Assembly (NCBI RefSeq): GCF_009914755.1
Contig: NC_060929.1
From: the human T2T-CHM13v2.0 reference genome, Homo sapiens
DNA: 64,000 nt
Reading direction: 5' to 3' (one strand)
The translations under genes and the position numbers were made by a program. A model generated the notes under the pieces. That model saw nothing but the letters and a program-made list of their open reading frames with translations. It searched no databases and was not told the DNA's origin. Positions 30,562-43,960 of this stretch are shown here, in pieces (position 1 is the stretch's first letter; the number at the start of each line of letters is the position of its first letter).

Positions 30562-30939
30562 GTGAGAGGCCGTGTTTCTCAAGGAATTGGTCCATGATTT
30601 CTTCTAAGTTGTCAAATTGATTTTACAATGTATTTATTTAGAGTTGTTCATAATACTCACTACTCACTATCCTTTAATGCTCGTAGAGCCTATAGCGACA
30701 CCCCGTTTTCATCCGTGAGGCTGCTGATTTATGTCTTCTCTCTTTTTCAAAGGACCATCTTTTAATTTCATTGATTTTCTTTAGTTTTACTGTCTTCAAT
30801 TTTATTGGTTTCCACTCTTTATTATTTCCTTTTCTTCTGCTTCCTTTGGTTTTAATTTGCTCTTCTTTTACTAGTTTTTAAAAATTACCTTTGCTTTCTT
30901 GGTGTTACTTAATTGTACACTTGCATCATTTAGTTTTAA

Positions 30940-32172
<1,233 letters not shown>

Positions 32173-34835
32173 TAAGCAGCAGCCCAGAGAACACCTGCTA
32201 GGATGAGGGCACAGCCCTTGGCAGGGCTGACAAGCTGCCGGAGGACCCGAAATTGTGGATTCTGCAAATGGCCACTCTCTGGCCTTCCTGTATCTTCCCA
32301 GGGCCAGAGCCCTTGCCCTGCCTGCCCCAGACTGGCCCTTCCAACTGCCCATCCCTGACTGCTACTCCTGCAGCCTGCAGGGCTTAGCCTGGCCATCACC
32401 AGCTCTGGGAGGCCTTTCCTTGGCTTCACCCAGCTCAGCAGACTTCTCAGCTCCAACTGCCTGACACACACGACTGCTCAACAGCCACAGTGTGAATGAA
32501 AGAATGAATGAACAAGTGAACTCATAAAACCACAGCTGCTGAGGGATGGGGTGAGGACCTAGGCCCACCACCCTCCCTGCCATCCTCCCACACTAGGGCC
32601 CGGGTCAGCCCAGCCCAGGAGCAGGGACCCAATAATCACTGAGGGCCTGTGGGTGTCAGCCCGGCACACCTCTCAGCCCATCCCAAGACAGTGAGGACAG
32701 GAAAGCAGGCTCCAGCCCCACAGGAGGAAGTCCCACCTCCCCCGTCACCACTCCCTGCCTCACTTCGAGCCCCGGTCACACTCCTTGACCACAGTTCCCA
32801 GGATGGCAGCCAAAGGGAAGGCAGAGAAGGGGTTCCTTCCTGACCTGCAGACAACAAGCCGTGATGAATCAGGAGGCGGAGCCAGAACCCACCCCCAAGC
32901 AGCCCAAGCCCAGACCCTGGGGCGCCTCGCCACCCTCTCCCTGGAGGGTCTGCTTAACAGTCCAGAACGAACCTGGATGCGGCCAATGAGGAGAGAGACT
33001 GCAGCCCAACTCCCATTCCGATGCTCTGAGTGTGTGAGGGCAGAGTGCACGCAGTCCCACCTCCCAGGCCTCGGGCTCAGCAGCCTGGCGCTGGTCCAGC
33101 CCCCTCCCTACAGCCCCCAGGTGCCCGTTCCTCCATCCTCGCTCCCAGAAATCCTCTCAAGAGCACCTGGCCCAAAGCCTCCCTCTGCTTTACAGAATCG
33201 CTGCTGAGGGCAGCACACCTGGGGGCAGAGGGGACACTGGGGACTGCAGTTAGGCCCCTACTAGTGGCACTCCTCCCATAGGGACGCTTTCCACACCCCG
33301 GGCCAGACCCTGGTGGTCACAGAGGCCTCCAGGGCCAGCCTGGTCCTGACACAGCCGAGCGCCCGGCCTGGCCTCCCCACAAGGCCCCACACTCTCGCCT
33401 GTCCACTGTTCCCACTGTCCAGCCTTGGTGCTCACCTCTGAATGCTGAAAGCCTAGAATAGATTCATCCCCAGCCCAGCCCCAAGTCCTCCTGTCTTCCA
33501 AGCCTCTGCTGAGGCAGCCCCTCTCCCCATCAAACCTCACCTTGCCCCTTTCTCAAGTCTACGCTAGATCTTCCAACACTACCTCTAAAGCACCCCTTGA
33601 CCTTGGCCTCATCCAGGCGCTGGCACCTCCTGTCTGAAACCTGCCTGCCCTGTTGTGGCCACACATGCCCGGCCATTTCTCGTGGTCCTCCCTCCGCTGC
33701 CTGTCAGTTCAACATCGTCCCCTTCTTGGCCTCCCATTCAAGCCTCCCACAGCACCATCAGCACCGCAGGCCCACTGCTGCCCCCACAGGCAGATCACTT
33801 GGCCTCTCTGAGCCATGATTTCCTCATCTGTAAAATCTACTTCGAAGACTCCTGCGAGGCTGTAAAGGCAGCAGGTACCCAATGGCTGGCAGACTGCGAG
33901 TCTGTTCCCCACTCTGCCCTAGCCCTGAGGCCTCCCGCCCTGGGGAAGCTGTTACTCCAGCATCAGCCTGGACTCCTGCCTCCAGCCTGCCCTGCTGGGA
34001 GGGGCTCCGTGCAGGCCGTGGCTCTGCTCCGAGCTTCCTGCGTGTCGTGTTGCGGCAAGAGGCGAGCAGGAGAGGGGCTGAGGAGAAGAGCCAGGTGGCC
34101 AAGCAAAGGGACTGCAGGGAAGGCCAACTACTGACCCCATGTTTTTCTGGGCCTCAATTTGCCCTCAGCTCAGTAAAACTGAGATTTCTACAAGTGAGGC
34201 CTAGAGCCAGGGAGAGGAGAGTCCTGCCCCAGACTGGCCCTCCCGACTTTACCACCTGGGGGCCGGAGGGGCTGCCTGGGCCCGCAAGAGCAAGCCTCTG
34301 GTGCACTGGGAAAGCTGAGAAACAAACACACCAGAATCCGAGTCTGAAAAGCCCAGAGCCCGGGTTGCCATGGCAACCTGCAGCCAGCTCCAGCCCGGGA
34401 CTCCGCCAGCCTGGGTAGGGGCCGGGACTCGCCAGGCACGGCTGCTCCCAGCTCTGAGGCCTCCTCCTTGGGCTTGGCCCTGTTTCTGCTTGGACACAGA
34501 AGTGGTGCAAGGCCACAGAGAGGCACTTCTCCCCTGTCAGGTGGGCCAGGCAGGCCTGGGCTCCCCTGGGCTCCCACTGCCAGCTTTCTCCCAGAGTAAG
34601 GCCTGGCCCCTGGGCCTCCAGAGTCCAGCACCTCTCAGCACCCCACCCCGGCACCCATTGCTCCAGCACCCATCACTCCAGCAGCTGTCAAGCCCATCAG
34701 CTGCCTGGGTCACCACAGCACCAGTGTATGGACAGGCCTCAGGCGCCGGCCAGGTCAGCGGCCTTGAGGCTGTTATGTGGGCACCGATAGAGGGGCAGTG
34801 AGATGATTCCCTGCCTTACCTCACAGCTGGGGGGG

Positions 34836-34990
34836 TGCCAGCACTAGTGTGAAGCTTTCTACGTGATTTTTCTCCTTTAATGGCACTCCTGACAGATGAG
34901 GAAACAAGCTCAGAGCAATTAAGCGACTTCCCAAGGTACAGAGCTGCTGCTTGGTAAGAAGCAGAGACTTGCAACTCCTGGGCCCAGGTT
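34836..34990 (-). mobile_element. MIR overlapping the SIL1 3' end
   Basis: acagatgaggaaac, ttaagcgacttcccaaggt, gtgccagcact, tctcctttaat. Confidence 0.7.
34876..34881 (-). terminator. SIL1: SIL1 distal poly(A) signal ATTAAA
   Basis: TTTAAT on + strand, inside a MIR. Confidence 0.7.
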
Positions 34991-35141
34991 CCTGCCCTGG
35001 AGCCTGTTCCTGGATGCCCTGGGCTGAGCCCTGCACGTCAGCAGAGCCCATCACCCAACCACTCACCTGACCCCCCGGCCACAGGGCTGTGCCCAGTCTA
35101 CACAGACACACAGCAGAAAGAGGATGGCCTTCAGGTTTCCA

Positions 35142-35147
35142 TTTAAT
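35142..35147 (-). terminator. SIL1: SIL1 candidate proximal poly(A) signal ATTAAA
   Basis: TTTAAT on + strand ~105 nt after the stop. Confidence 0.5.
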
Positions 35148-35252
35148 GGCCAAGCCAGCACTGCCAAGATGTCCTCCTGCCTGAGAAGCCCACCCACGCT
35201 GGCACCCCTCAGCCTCACTAGCGGCATCCCAGTCCAGTCCTGGTGTGGGGCC

Positions 35253-35609
35253 TCATCTCAGCTCCTTCAGCAAGCTGTTGACAGAGCCCAGCAGCTCCTG
35301 GAAGTAGCCCTCGTCCTCACCATCCTGCAGCTCCAGGCTGGCCAGCACCTGGTACTCAGCCTGCAGGCTGGCCAGTGTCCTGCCGAGCTGGGGGTCCTGA
35401 CGGTAGCGGTCCCGGCAGGTGGTCAGGAGGACGCCCAGTGTCTGCAGCACCTTCTCACGGGCATCATGCTCGGGCAGCGCCAGGAGGTGGGCCGTGATCT
35501 CGCACCAGCCCTGTTCCCACAGGCCTGGCAGGAGGTGTACCTGGCGATACTGCTGCAGCTTCTCTGGGGACATCTCCTGGGTCAGCTCAGCCTCCTCCTC
35601 GGCGAACAT
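35253..35609 (-). CDS. SIL1: SIL1 terminal coding exon 10 ([11 protein letters not shown]...SLLKELR*)
   Basis: Acceptor ggcag|ATG on - strand; TGA 35255-35253; ends in KDEL-like KELR. Confidence 0.98.
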
Positions 35610-36854
35610 CTGCCATCCGCCACAGCCGCAGGCCAGGTAGGGTGGGGGTGGGGAGAGAACACACAGGGAGCAGTTAGCTCACACCTGGCTAGCTCTGCCC
35701 TTCAGACAGGAAGGCACGAGGCTGACCCCTGAGGGCCCACCTCTTCCTCTATCCCCAAGTCTGTCTGTCTATTCATTCATTCATCCACCAACAGAAACAC
35801 TTGTGTGGTGCCAGGTGCTGAAGAAACCACGATGGAGACATAGTCTTACCCTCAAGGAGCTTAAGGTCTAGCAGGAGAATAAAAATTAACTAATTCCCAA
35901 ATAGCATAAATGTAATCTAACAGTGCAGCATGGAGGCAGACAGGCTGGCTTCAAATTCCTGCTCCACCACTGACTTGCTGAATGACCATGGCTGGCACTT
36001 AGCCTCCCTGAGACTCATCGTCATCACCTCCTAAGTGGAGAAACTCAGCCTGTCTGTAAAGCGCAGAAGCCCAGCTCTATCAGCAGAACATGGTGGGAGC
36101 CAATCCTGCCGGGCTACCAGCAGCGGGAAAGCCAACACCTGAACCATGACAAGCAGGCAGGTTACCTGAAGGTCAGAGGTAGAGGGTTGGGAGGGGGCAG
36201 AGATCTCCCGTGCAGCTGTAGGAAGTGTGCCTGTATGGAGAAAGAAGGAATGCCTGCCCTAACTCCAGGGGAGAATGAAGCACAGGGAAGATGCACAAGG
36301 CAAGAGGGAAGCCCAGGAGAAGAGGAGGCCACAGTGGACCACCTGTGCTTCCTGCGGCAGCAGGAAGTCGTGGGGCTGATTGGGGCTGGCAGAGGAAACT
36401 GAGGAGGGGTGCAATCCTGCATCCTGGGACAGGAGAGGCTGAGAGGTATCCCCTAGTCCTTTCCTACTTCACCCCTCAGTCCTGCCAGCTTCGCTTCCAA
36501 AACACACCCCAATTCTGTCAGCTCCACCTTTGTCCCTTGTGTCCTGCGATCCAGTGCCTCCTGCTCTCACCCTCTCCTCCAGCCCCCAAACCCTCACAGC
36601 CTGGCATTGCGGGTGATAAAGACAAAATCAATCCCTTCCCTGGGACTGCGAGGCTCTGCAGGCTCTGCCCCCACTGTGCGCGGCCTGGACCCACTCACAC
36701 CCACTCCTGTCACTCTAACTCTCCCCTGGGGCCTCTGGAGGCGCAGCTCCGACTTCCAGGTGCACCCCCGCATGGCCCCATTCACTCCACGGCTCCCTGC
36801 ACACCTCACCGCCACTGACCGGCCTCCCCTGACTGGCCTTCTCTGCTTATATGC

Positions 36855-37196
36855 TGCTGTGGTTTGAGTGTGTTCCCTAAAAGTTCAAGTGTTGGAAGCT
36901 TAATTCCCAAGGCAGCAGTATTGAGAGGAGCTGCCTAGGTCAGGAGGGCAGCGGGTTCCTTACGGGAGAGCGGTTGTTATTCTAGAGAGCAAGCCCGGCC
37001 CAGCATGCTTTTTTCCGCAAGTGCTCTTGCCCTCTCACCTTCCACAATGTTGTCATGCAACACAAAGGCTCCCGCCAGATGCACCCACCCAATCGTGGAT
37101 TTCCCAGCCTCCCGAATCATGAGCCAAAAACTGCCTTTTCTTTATATTATCCAGTCCCGGGTATTCTGTTAAAGCAGCAGCAGACAGACTACAACA
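36855..37196 (+). mobile_element. MaLR solo LTR (MST/MLT1A-like)
   Basis: tgctgtggtttgagtgtgttccc...gtattctgttaaagcagca...aca. Confidence 0.8.
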
Positions 37197-37667
37197 CAAG
37201 CTCAGGGGAATTCTCTGATAAACATCTGCCTGAAAGCTCAGGGACGACAGGGACTGCGGATTATTTTCCCAGCACCCGGCACAGCAGGCAGCACAGGCAG
37301 GCAGGGTCCCCCTGCGGCCCTTCAGCTCCTCAGATGCACCAGAGGCCATGGAATCCAAACCCCAGGCAGGCATCTCACCACTGCAGAAGCCCAGATGTCA
37401 GGGCATGGTCTCTCAGTAGAGGTCCTCTCACAGGCCAAGGTACATATGAGGACTGCCTGGGGCCTGGCAGACCCCAGCACCCTGATGGGGGTGTCACATT
37501 GCCCATGGGAATTCCACAGTCCTTGGCTGTCATGACAACATGCTGCAGTGATCCCCGAGCTGCATGGCACCCCTCCATCGTGGTGGACAGCTCATGTCCC
37601 TCCACCTTCAGGCAGCTCTGGACCCACCCCTAGCTTGGCTAGGTCTTCATTCTTAAGCGCTGCAAGA

Positions 37668-37985
37668 GGCTGGACTTAGTGACTCACGCCTATAATTCCA
37701 ATACTTTGGGAAGCTGAGGCAGGACTGCTTGAGCCCAGGAGTTCAAGACCAGCCTGAGCAACATAGTGAGACCCTGTCTACAAAAAACGAACAAAATTAA
37801 CCAGGCATGGTGGCATGGACCTGTAGTCCCAGCTACTCAGGGGGCTGAGGTGGGAGGATCACTTGAGTCTGGGAGGCAGAGTTTACAGTGAGCCAAGATC
37901 GTGCCACTGGGTGACAGAGAGAGACCCTGTCTCAAAAAAAAAAAAAAAAAAAGAAAAAAGAAAAGAAAAGAAAAAAGAAAAAAGA
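37668..37985 (+). mobile_element. AluJ with extended purine tail
   Basis: Dimer plus A/(GAAAA)n. Confidence 0.95.
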
Positions 37986-39146
37986 AATCACAAGAACAGA
38001 GAAGCCCTGACTGCCTCAGCCCAAGTACAGTGTGTCCTAAATCTCTCTGGCTGAAATTTATCTGCTGTCCTCCCTGAAAGAAGAGGGCCATTTCTGTACT
38101 GTTTGTAGAGAGATGCCAGTCCTCCCCTCCCCAATCATGTCAGCACCCCAAAGCTTCCAGAGGCAGGCTCCCGGGGCCGGCAGCCTCGGGGCAGCCTTGG
38201 TGAGCCTGCCTGGTGGTAGTGTGCTAGCAATGTGTCAGTGCCATAGTGCCCAGGATGCCAGGGCTGGGGGCAGCAGGGACACACACCCAAGACACCAGAG
38301 AACAGAGCCCAGTTTCCCTGGGAAATGCCCAGCCAGCTGACATGTCCTTCTCCAGGCTCACTGGCCCAGTCCCAGAACCTGAACTGTGCCCAGGCCTTAT
38401 CAATTGGATCTGAGCACCACATGGCTGCCTGCTGTTCTAAGAAACTGGATTTCTGCAGCTTTAACAAGAGAAGAGAGAGAAACAGGCAAAGACAGAGAGT
38501 TGGGGAGAGACAGTGATGGACAGAGGTGGCCACAGCCATCCCGACACTGCCTGGGAGAGAAGGCCTGGGGGAGGCGTGTGCAGAGGGAGTGAGGGGCCCA
38601 GCCTCCACCATTCGGCAGCAGTTCCAGCGGCTGCCCAGCCCTGCTCCACTAGTCGGCATGCGGCTCTTCTGGGGAGCGTGTGGCCCGAGAGAGGCAACTG
38701 AGGAAGCCCTGCCAATGCTCTCTGCAGTAGCTGAATTAAGAATCCAGGCCTGGCTGGTTTTCCTCTCTCCTCCTTAATTAAGATGCTTCTTCAAGCTTGC
38801 AAACAGGGCTGGGCACCAAGTCTCCTCCCAAGTGGCAAGCAATTGGGTCCCTGAGACTCTCAAGGGCAGCCACTCTGAGGCCCTGCCCAGAGCCAAAGCT
38901 CACAGAGGAGGCACCTCCACGTTTCTAGAATCCGAAGAGTGAGTGCCATTCGAAGGAGCTCTGGGCTGTTCTACCCCCTCAGCCTTTTGTCCCCTCGGGG
39001 CCTGGTCTCGGCTGCTCCAAGGCTTGCCTCATACTGAGCCCTCTGCCTGCACACTTGGCCGTGACCATGGCTGGCAGGGCCACCTCCCACTCCTCATCAG
39101 CCCTCAGGTTTCAGCTTAGCCACCACATCTCACATGACATACTCCC

Positions 39147-39278
39147 TGACGTCCCCAATCTCTTCCAACTGTCTGTCTGTCCATCCATCCAGAAGCACAC
39201 ACAAAGCAAACAAGTGACGTCCGCAGTCTCTTCCATCTGTCTGTCCATCCACCCAGAAGCACACACAAAGCAAACAAG
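39147..39278. repeat. Two-copy tandem repeat (68 + 64 nt)
   Basis: tgacgtcc...tctcttcca...ctgtctgtccatcca.ccagaagcacacacaaagcaaacaag twice. Confidence 0.95.
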
Positions 39279-39306
39279 AGGAGACTGGGTGGGCCTGGGC
39301 ACTCAC

Positions 39307-39471
39307 CTTCTCCGTGACCAGGTCGTAGAGCAGTGTGACCACGCGCACGGCGAGCACCTCCGTGCCCTTCTCCTGCACCAGGGTCCTCAGGACCTGCAGC
39401 CCCCCGAGCTTCAGGAACTGCCGCTGGGCATAGGGGAAGTGGCGCAGCAGGGAGCACAGTGCAAACAGGAC
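39307..39471 (-). CDS. SIL1: SIL1 exon 9 (165 nt; [16 protein letters not shown]...DLVTEK)
   Basis: ccccag|GTC ... AAG|gtgagt; armadillo-like repeat sequence. Confidence 0.98.
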
Positions 39472-39923
39472 CTGGGGGCACAGACCCAGGGGTAGGTGAG
39501 GGGCCAAGCGAGCTGGACCTGCCCTGAGGCCCAGGGAAGGCAGGCAGAGGTGCCCCAAATTAGTCCCCATTCCTCCCGGCCCCACCTCAGTTACAGCTAT
39601 ACCCCAGAACCCAGGACTGTGAGGCCAGGAGGGACTCAGACACCTTCAACATTACCAAGTGAGTAAATGGGAGGTAAACAGAGGCCAAGGGTGGGAGGCC
39701 AGGAGTAGGGCCCAAGGCCACAGCACAGGAGCTGCCCCCAGGCCTCTAGTCACCTCGGCACACTGCCATCTGCTTTAGTTGAGTGTAACTTCTCCCCCTG
39801 TGCCACCCAGCAGATGATGCTCAGGCCCCCATGGTAACATGCACAGCCTGGACAGGAACCCTTTCCTTTCAGGCCCCACACGTGTCCTGGAGGCTGGGCA
39901 GGAGGAAGGGCATGGAAACACAC

Positions 39924-40020
39924 CTTCTTCTTTGCAGTGAGCGGCTGCTCCGTGGCCAGGATGACCAGCAGCTTCTGCAGGGCTCCCCCTTCGATGGCCT
40001 CCACCTGGACCTTGGGGTTG
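39924..40020 (-). CDS. SIL1: SIL1 exon 8 (97 nt; [18 protein letters not shown]...TAKKK)
   Basis: ttccccag|C AAC ... AAG|gtgtgt. Confidence 0.97.
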
Positions 40021-43000
40021 CTGGGGAAGAAGCACAGGACAGCATGACTACCCTGCCCAGCCCAGGGATCGGATGGTCAGGGAACTGAGCCCATGTCAGC
40101 CATCCCTGGGGAGAAACAAGAACAACAGAGGTTCCCACACGGGGCAAGTCAAACTCAGCTGGGGAAACAAAGACCATCTGGCACAGACCCACGTGGGAAC
40201 AGCGGCCCACAGCACAGGTGACAGGGCTGAGTGCTCCCATGCCAGCCCCCACTCCCCAGCAGCCAAGGGGCTGGAGTGGGCTGGGAAGGTGAACAACCTC
40301 TACTACTGTAAAGACATTTCGATGCCGAAGGTGCTCCTTCAGCGTCCCTCCCGTAGGAAGCCTTTCTTGGCGCTTCCCAAGCCAGTGCCGGATGTTCCTT
40401 CCTCCATGACCCAAGCACATCACACACTGGGGCAATTACTAATGGGTCTGTTCCCCTCTGGGTCTGGTGCCCCAAGGCCAGGGCCCCATCCCTCTCCTCT
40501 CCTGGGTCGGCACTCAGACTGCACATAGAAAATGCTTGCGGGAGAAGGCAGGAAGAAAGTGCAAGAGACAGGAGCCTCTGAATACCCAGGCAGATCCTAA
40601 AACAGGACAACCCAATGCCTCCCACTGGGCTCCCACTCTATAACAGCAGCTACTGTCAGCTTCTCTGCCCTGTATTCTCAGCACTCAGCACAGAGCCTGC
40701 CACGTCACAGGTCCCTGGACAGTAGGGAATGAATGAACGACTGAACGAACGAACGAATGAACAACACGTGTACACAACCATGAACATATCAATAGATAAA
40801 CATACTGCACTAAAGTACTCAAAACCCTGAGCTGCCTCTGGAACTCCTCTCCCCATTCTGGGCTAGAGAAATAGTGATGTGATTAAAACATTTCAGGCCC
40901 AGACCTCCCAGATGAAGGGATGAGGGGCCTGGCGGGGACCCCCATCAGGGCAGGGTGCCATGCAGGGGACAAGGCCGGGATCCCTCACAGGATGCCCTTT
41001 TGCAGGCTCCTTGCTTTTCAAGATTGCATTAGGGATCAATTAAGGAGCAAGTGTCAAGCACAGGGACCAGATAGTCAGGCCCTTGGGCAGGTCAGGGCTC
41101 CCCTCTCAGCAGCCCACATGTGAGGCCCCAGAGAAAAGAGGGGACAGGCACACAAAAGCCTGAGGCCAACAACAAGTGAAGGGGCCAAGCCAGCAGTCAG
41201 ATGGTGGCTGTCACACCCATCCAACTAGCCCACAAAGGACACCGCAGTCTACCAAAGCCACCGCATGCCTCTGGCTGCCTGCCCTTGGCATGACCACAAG
41301 CTCCCAGAGACCCAAAAAGCACCTGTTCCTCCTAACTCCCAACCCTCCTGGCCAGGGGGCCCTCACGGTGTCCTTGAGAGTGAGCCAGGGTATAAGGAAA
41401 CAAAGACAAATCAGAAGGAGCTGGCTCCTGGTCCTAAACCCAGAAAAGACACACTGTGCCACCGTACAGGAGAGGGCCCGACACACAGCAGGCGTGCCCC
41501 CAAAGCTGGCTGAATGGAATGAAGATAGCTCCCCACTTCTATTCTGACCAGGAACAAGCTTCAAGGTCCAGAGCAGACCGAGCACGCTGAGCCAGCTTTC
41601 TAAAGAGAAAAGCTCCTTTGTACCACGTGTCACTCTGTAGCCTCTCAGCCAGAAAGGAAGTACAGGGTGGGTGCCAGCCCGTCCCACAGCAACTCCACCC
41701 CTGTGTCTGCAGAGCAGCCTGGAGATGGGCCAGAGTCCCTGGGGAAGGGAGGCTGACAGCTCCTCTCCAGATAGGCAGGCAGGCGCTGGCGCAGGGGGGC
41801 CTGGGAGCTGAGCTGCTCCCCTGCCCCCCCGACTTGAGACAGGCAGCTGTTTCATCAAAGCATGAGCTAATTAGGGCTGTCTCTGCCATCATGTGCCTAA
41901 GGAACGCTCACCCATGACAGGAGGGTCCAGGAAGAGAAGACGACCACGCTGAGAGATTCACACAAACATCAAATGCTGCTTCCCCAAGGGGGCTGAGAGA
42001 TCTGACATCGCATCAGCCTTTGGGAGCACTGCCAAGGAGTCCCATCCCTCATGGGCCCTCAGAGCAGCAGAGACAAGGCCCTCCAAAGACAGCACAAAGC
42101 TCATCACAGCACCCCATCATCGCAGCCTCAGTTAATCACCCAGGGCTGGGCAACCAAAGCCCTTCCACTTTCTGCACTGTGACCAGGGCAAAGAGAAGTC
42201 CCTTCTCTTCAGAAGGTGGGCTGATGTGGGTCGGGAGCCACCCACAGCCAAGCCAGCAGCAGCCCAGTCCCACCCACTCTGTCCCCCTCAGGCAGGCTCT
42301 TCCCACCCCATTTAGAGTAGGAGAGAAGAGAGCTCCAACATCAGATAAGTAAATCGGAGAGAAAAGAGAAAGTCTGACCTTTTGTAAATTGCTGAAATCA
42401 GGTTCATAAGGCAATAAATTCATGTTTTCACCCACAGCCAAGTCTGTGGGTACGGCAGGACCATGGGCCAAACATGGGCTGTGACAGTGCACAGCCTTGG
42501 CAGCCCTGGGCCCATGCCCTGCCTGGCCTCTTCACATGATCAGCTTAAACGAGGTACCCATGGAACCCTGGGAACTCCAGGCCTTACCCCAGGGTTCCCA
42601 CAGCTTCAGGAGTTTCCTAAAAGGCCACCCTGTGAAGTGGCCTTTTAGGGCTGCCCAGGCAAGGGGTTGAAGAAACACAGCAGAGGAAGAGGGGGAAGAT
42701 GAGGCTTGCGCTTCCAGCTGCTCCTCAGTCCATCCAGGCAGGGCCAGTAGAGCTGAAGGTTTCCTGAGCAATCACCCACCAAGGGTAGAATCTGCTCCTA
42801 GAAACAGACCCTCTCGCCAGTCAGCTCTGCCTTGGGCTTTAAATGCTCACAGCCTGGGGCTGGGGGAGGCAACTACCAAAACAGCTCAGAGTGAGGCCTC
42901 TGGATGTGCAAGGACCAGGGCCTGGAGGACCCTTGCTGGGAATCTCATAAGCAATGAATGGCTCATGGCCTTGGGCAAGTTTTCACCTGTGAGGCAGAGC

Positions 43001-43803
43001 TAGGACTACCCATGTAAAAGACAGAACAGTTAATGAATGCCAAAATGCCACAGTGCTAGCCAATGCACTGTGGCCAAAAGATAATTACAGTAGGCTCACT
43101 ACACAAAGAGGCCAGACCACATCTTTGAGAGCACAGCTTTATTTGGCCTGGATGCCTCGAGCACATATCATGTATGGCAGCCCCATCCTCCTCCAGCCTA
43201 TGGACTCTGGACCAGAGCTGCGGCCCACCCCTGGAGGGACCAGTCCTGCTGGCTGGAAGGTAGGTGTCCTGACAGTTGGGGATCTGAGTTAAGGGGGCGG
43301 GGGCCTGGCACGCCTCAAAGTGACATCAGTGGCGCTGGTGTGCTCAAAGTCAACAGAAGGATATTAAGGACGTAGCTCATCTCCGATGCGATAAATGAGA
43401 ATAAACCTTGTTCAGGGCTAAGCCGGCTGGACTAAATAAATACCATTAGCACTTGGATTACTGGGATGTTCACAATCAGCAGGCAAGTCAGCTGTCTGTG
43501 TGCAGAGGGACGACAGCAGCTGCTACTCTGTAAATCTTGCAGGGAGATGGGCTGGGGGTGGGGCAGGCTGCAAAAATGGAAGTGATTGCATTTGCAAAAA
43601 CCAAAGAGTTTGGGTCAGGGTGACAGCAATTTGGGCAATCAGCCAAGAGTCAGAGGTCATATTTTAGCTAACTGAAGCTAAGCAAGTGTCTGGGTGGAAG
43701 GGGACTGAAGGAGCTGACCACAGGGAAGGCAGCCCAGCTCGGCCAGGGGGCCCAGGAGATTGCTGCCCAGCACACACCCCGGGGCTGACTTCACCCTTGG
43801 GCT

Positions 43804-43960
43804 CAGGGCTGGCTACATAATTTTCAGGCCCAAGTGCAACATGAAAACGTGGGGCCTTTTGTTCAAGAATTATCAGAAATTTCAAGACAGTGAGAACAGA
43901 GCATGAAGCCAAGCACGGGCCCTTTTGAGTGTGGGGTCCTGTGCCGCTGCACGGGTGGCA
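43804..43960. mobile_element. MER45-like hAT DNA transposon fossil
   Basis: cagggctggctacataattt...gtggggccttttgttcaa. Confidence 0.6.

Larger units (their letters stand above)
34857..35252 (-). other. SIL1: SIL1 3'UTR (end approximate)
   Basis: From stop codon to ~20 nt past the distal ATTAAA. Confidence 0.75.

Noticed and set aside
35124-35732. 202-aa + strand ORF
   Set aside because: Antisense shadow of SIL1 exon 10
39147-39278. Possible CRISPR-like repeat
   Set aside because: Only two adjacent copies with no spacer, in a mammalian intron
41211-41858. 215-aa - strand ORF in SIL1 intron 7
   Set aside because: No similarity to SIL1 or any family I recognise; low-complexity composition
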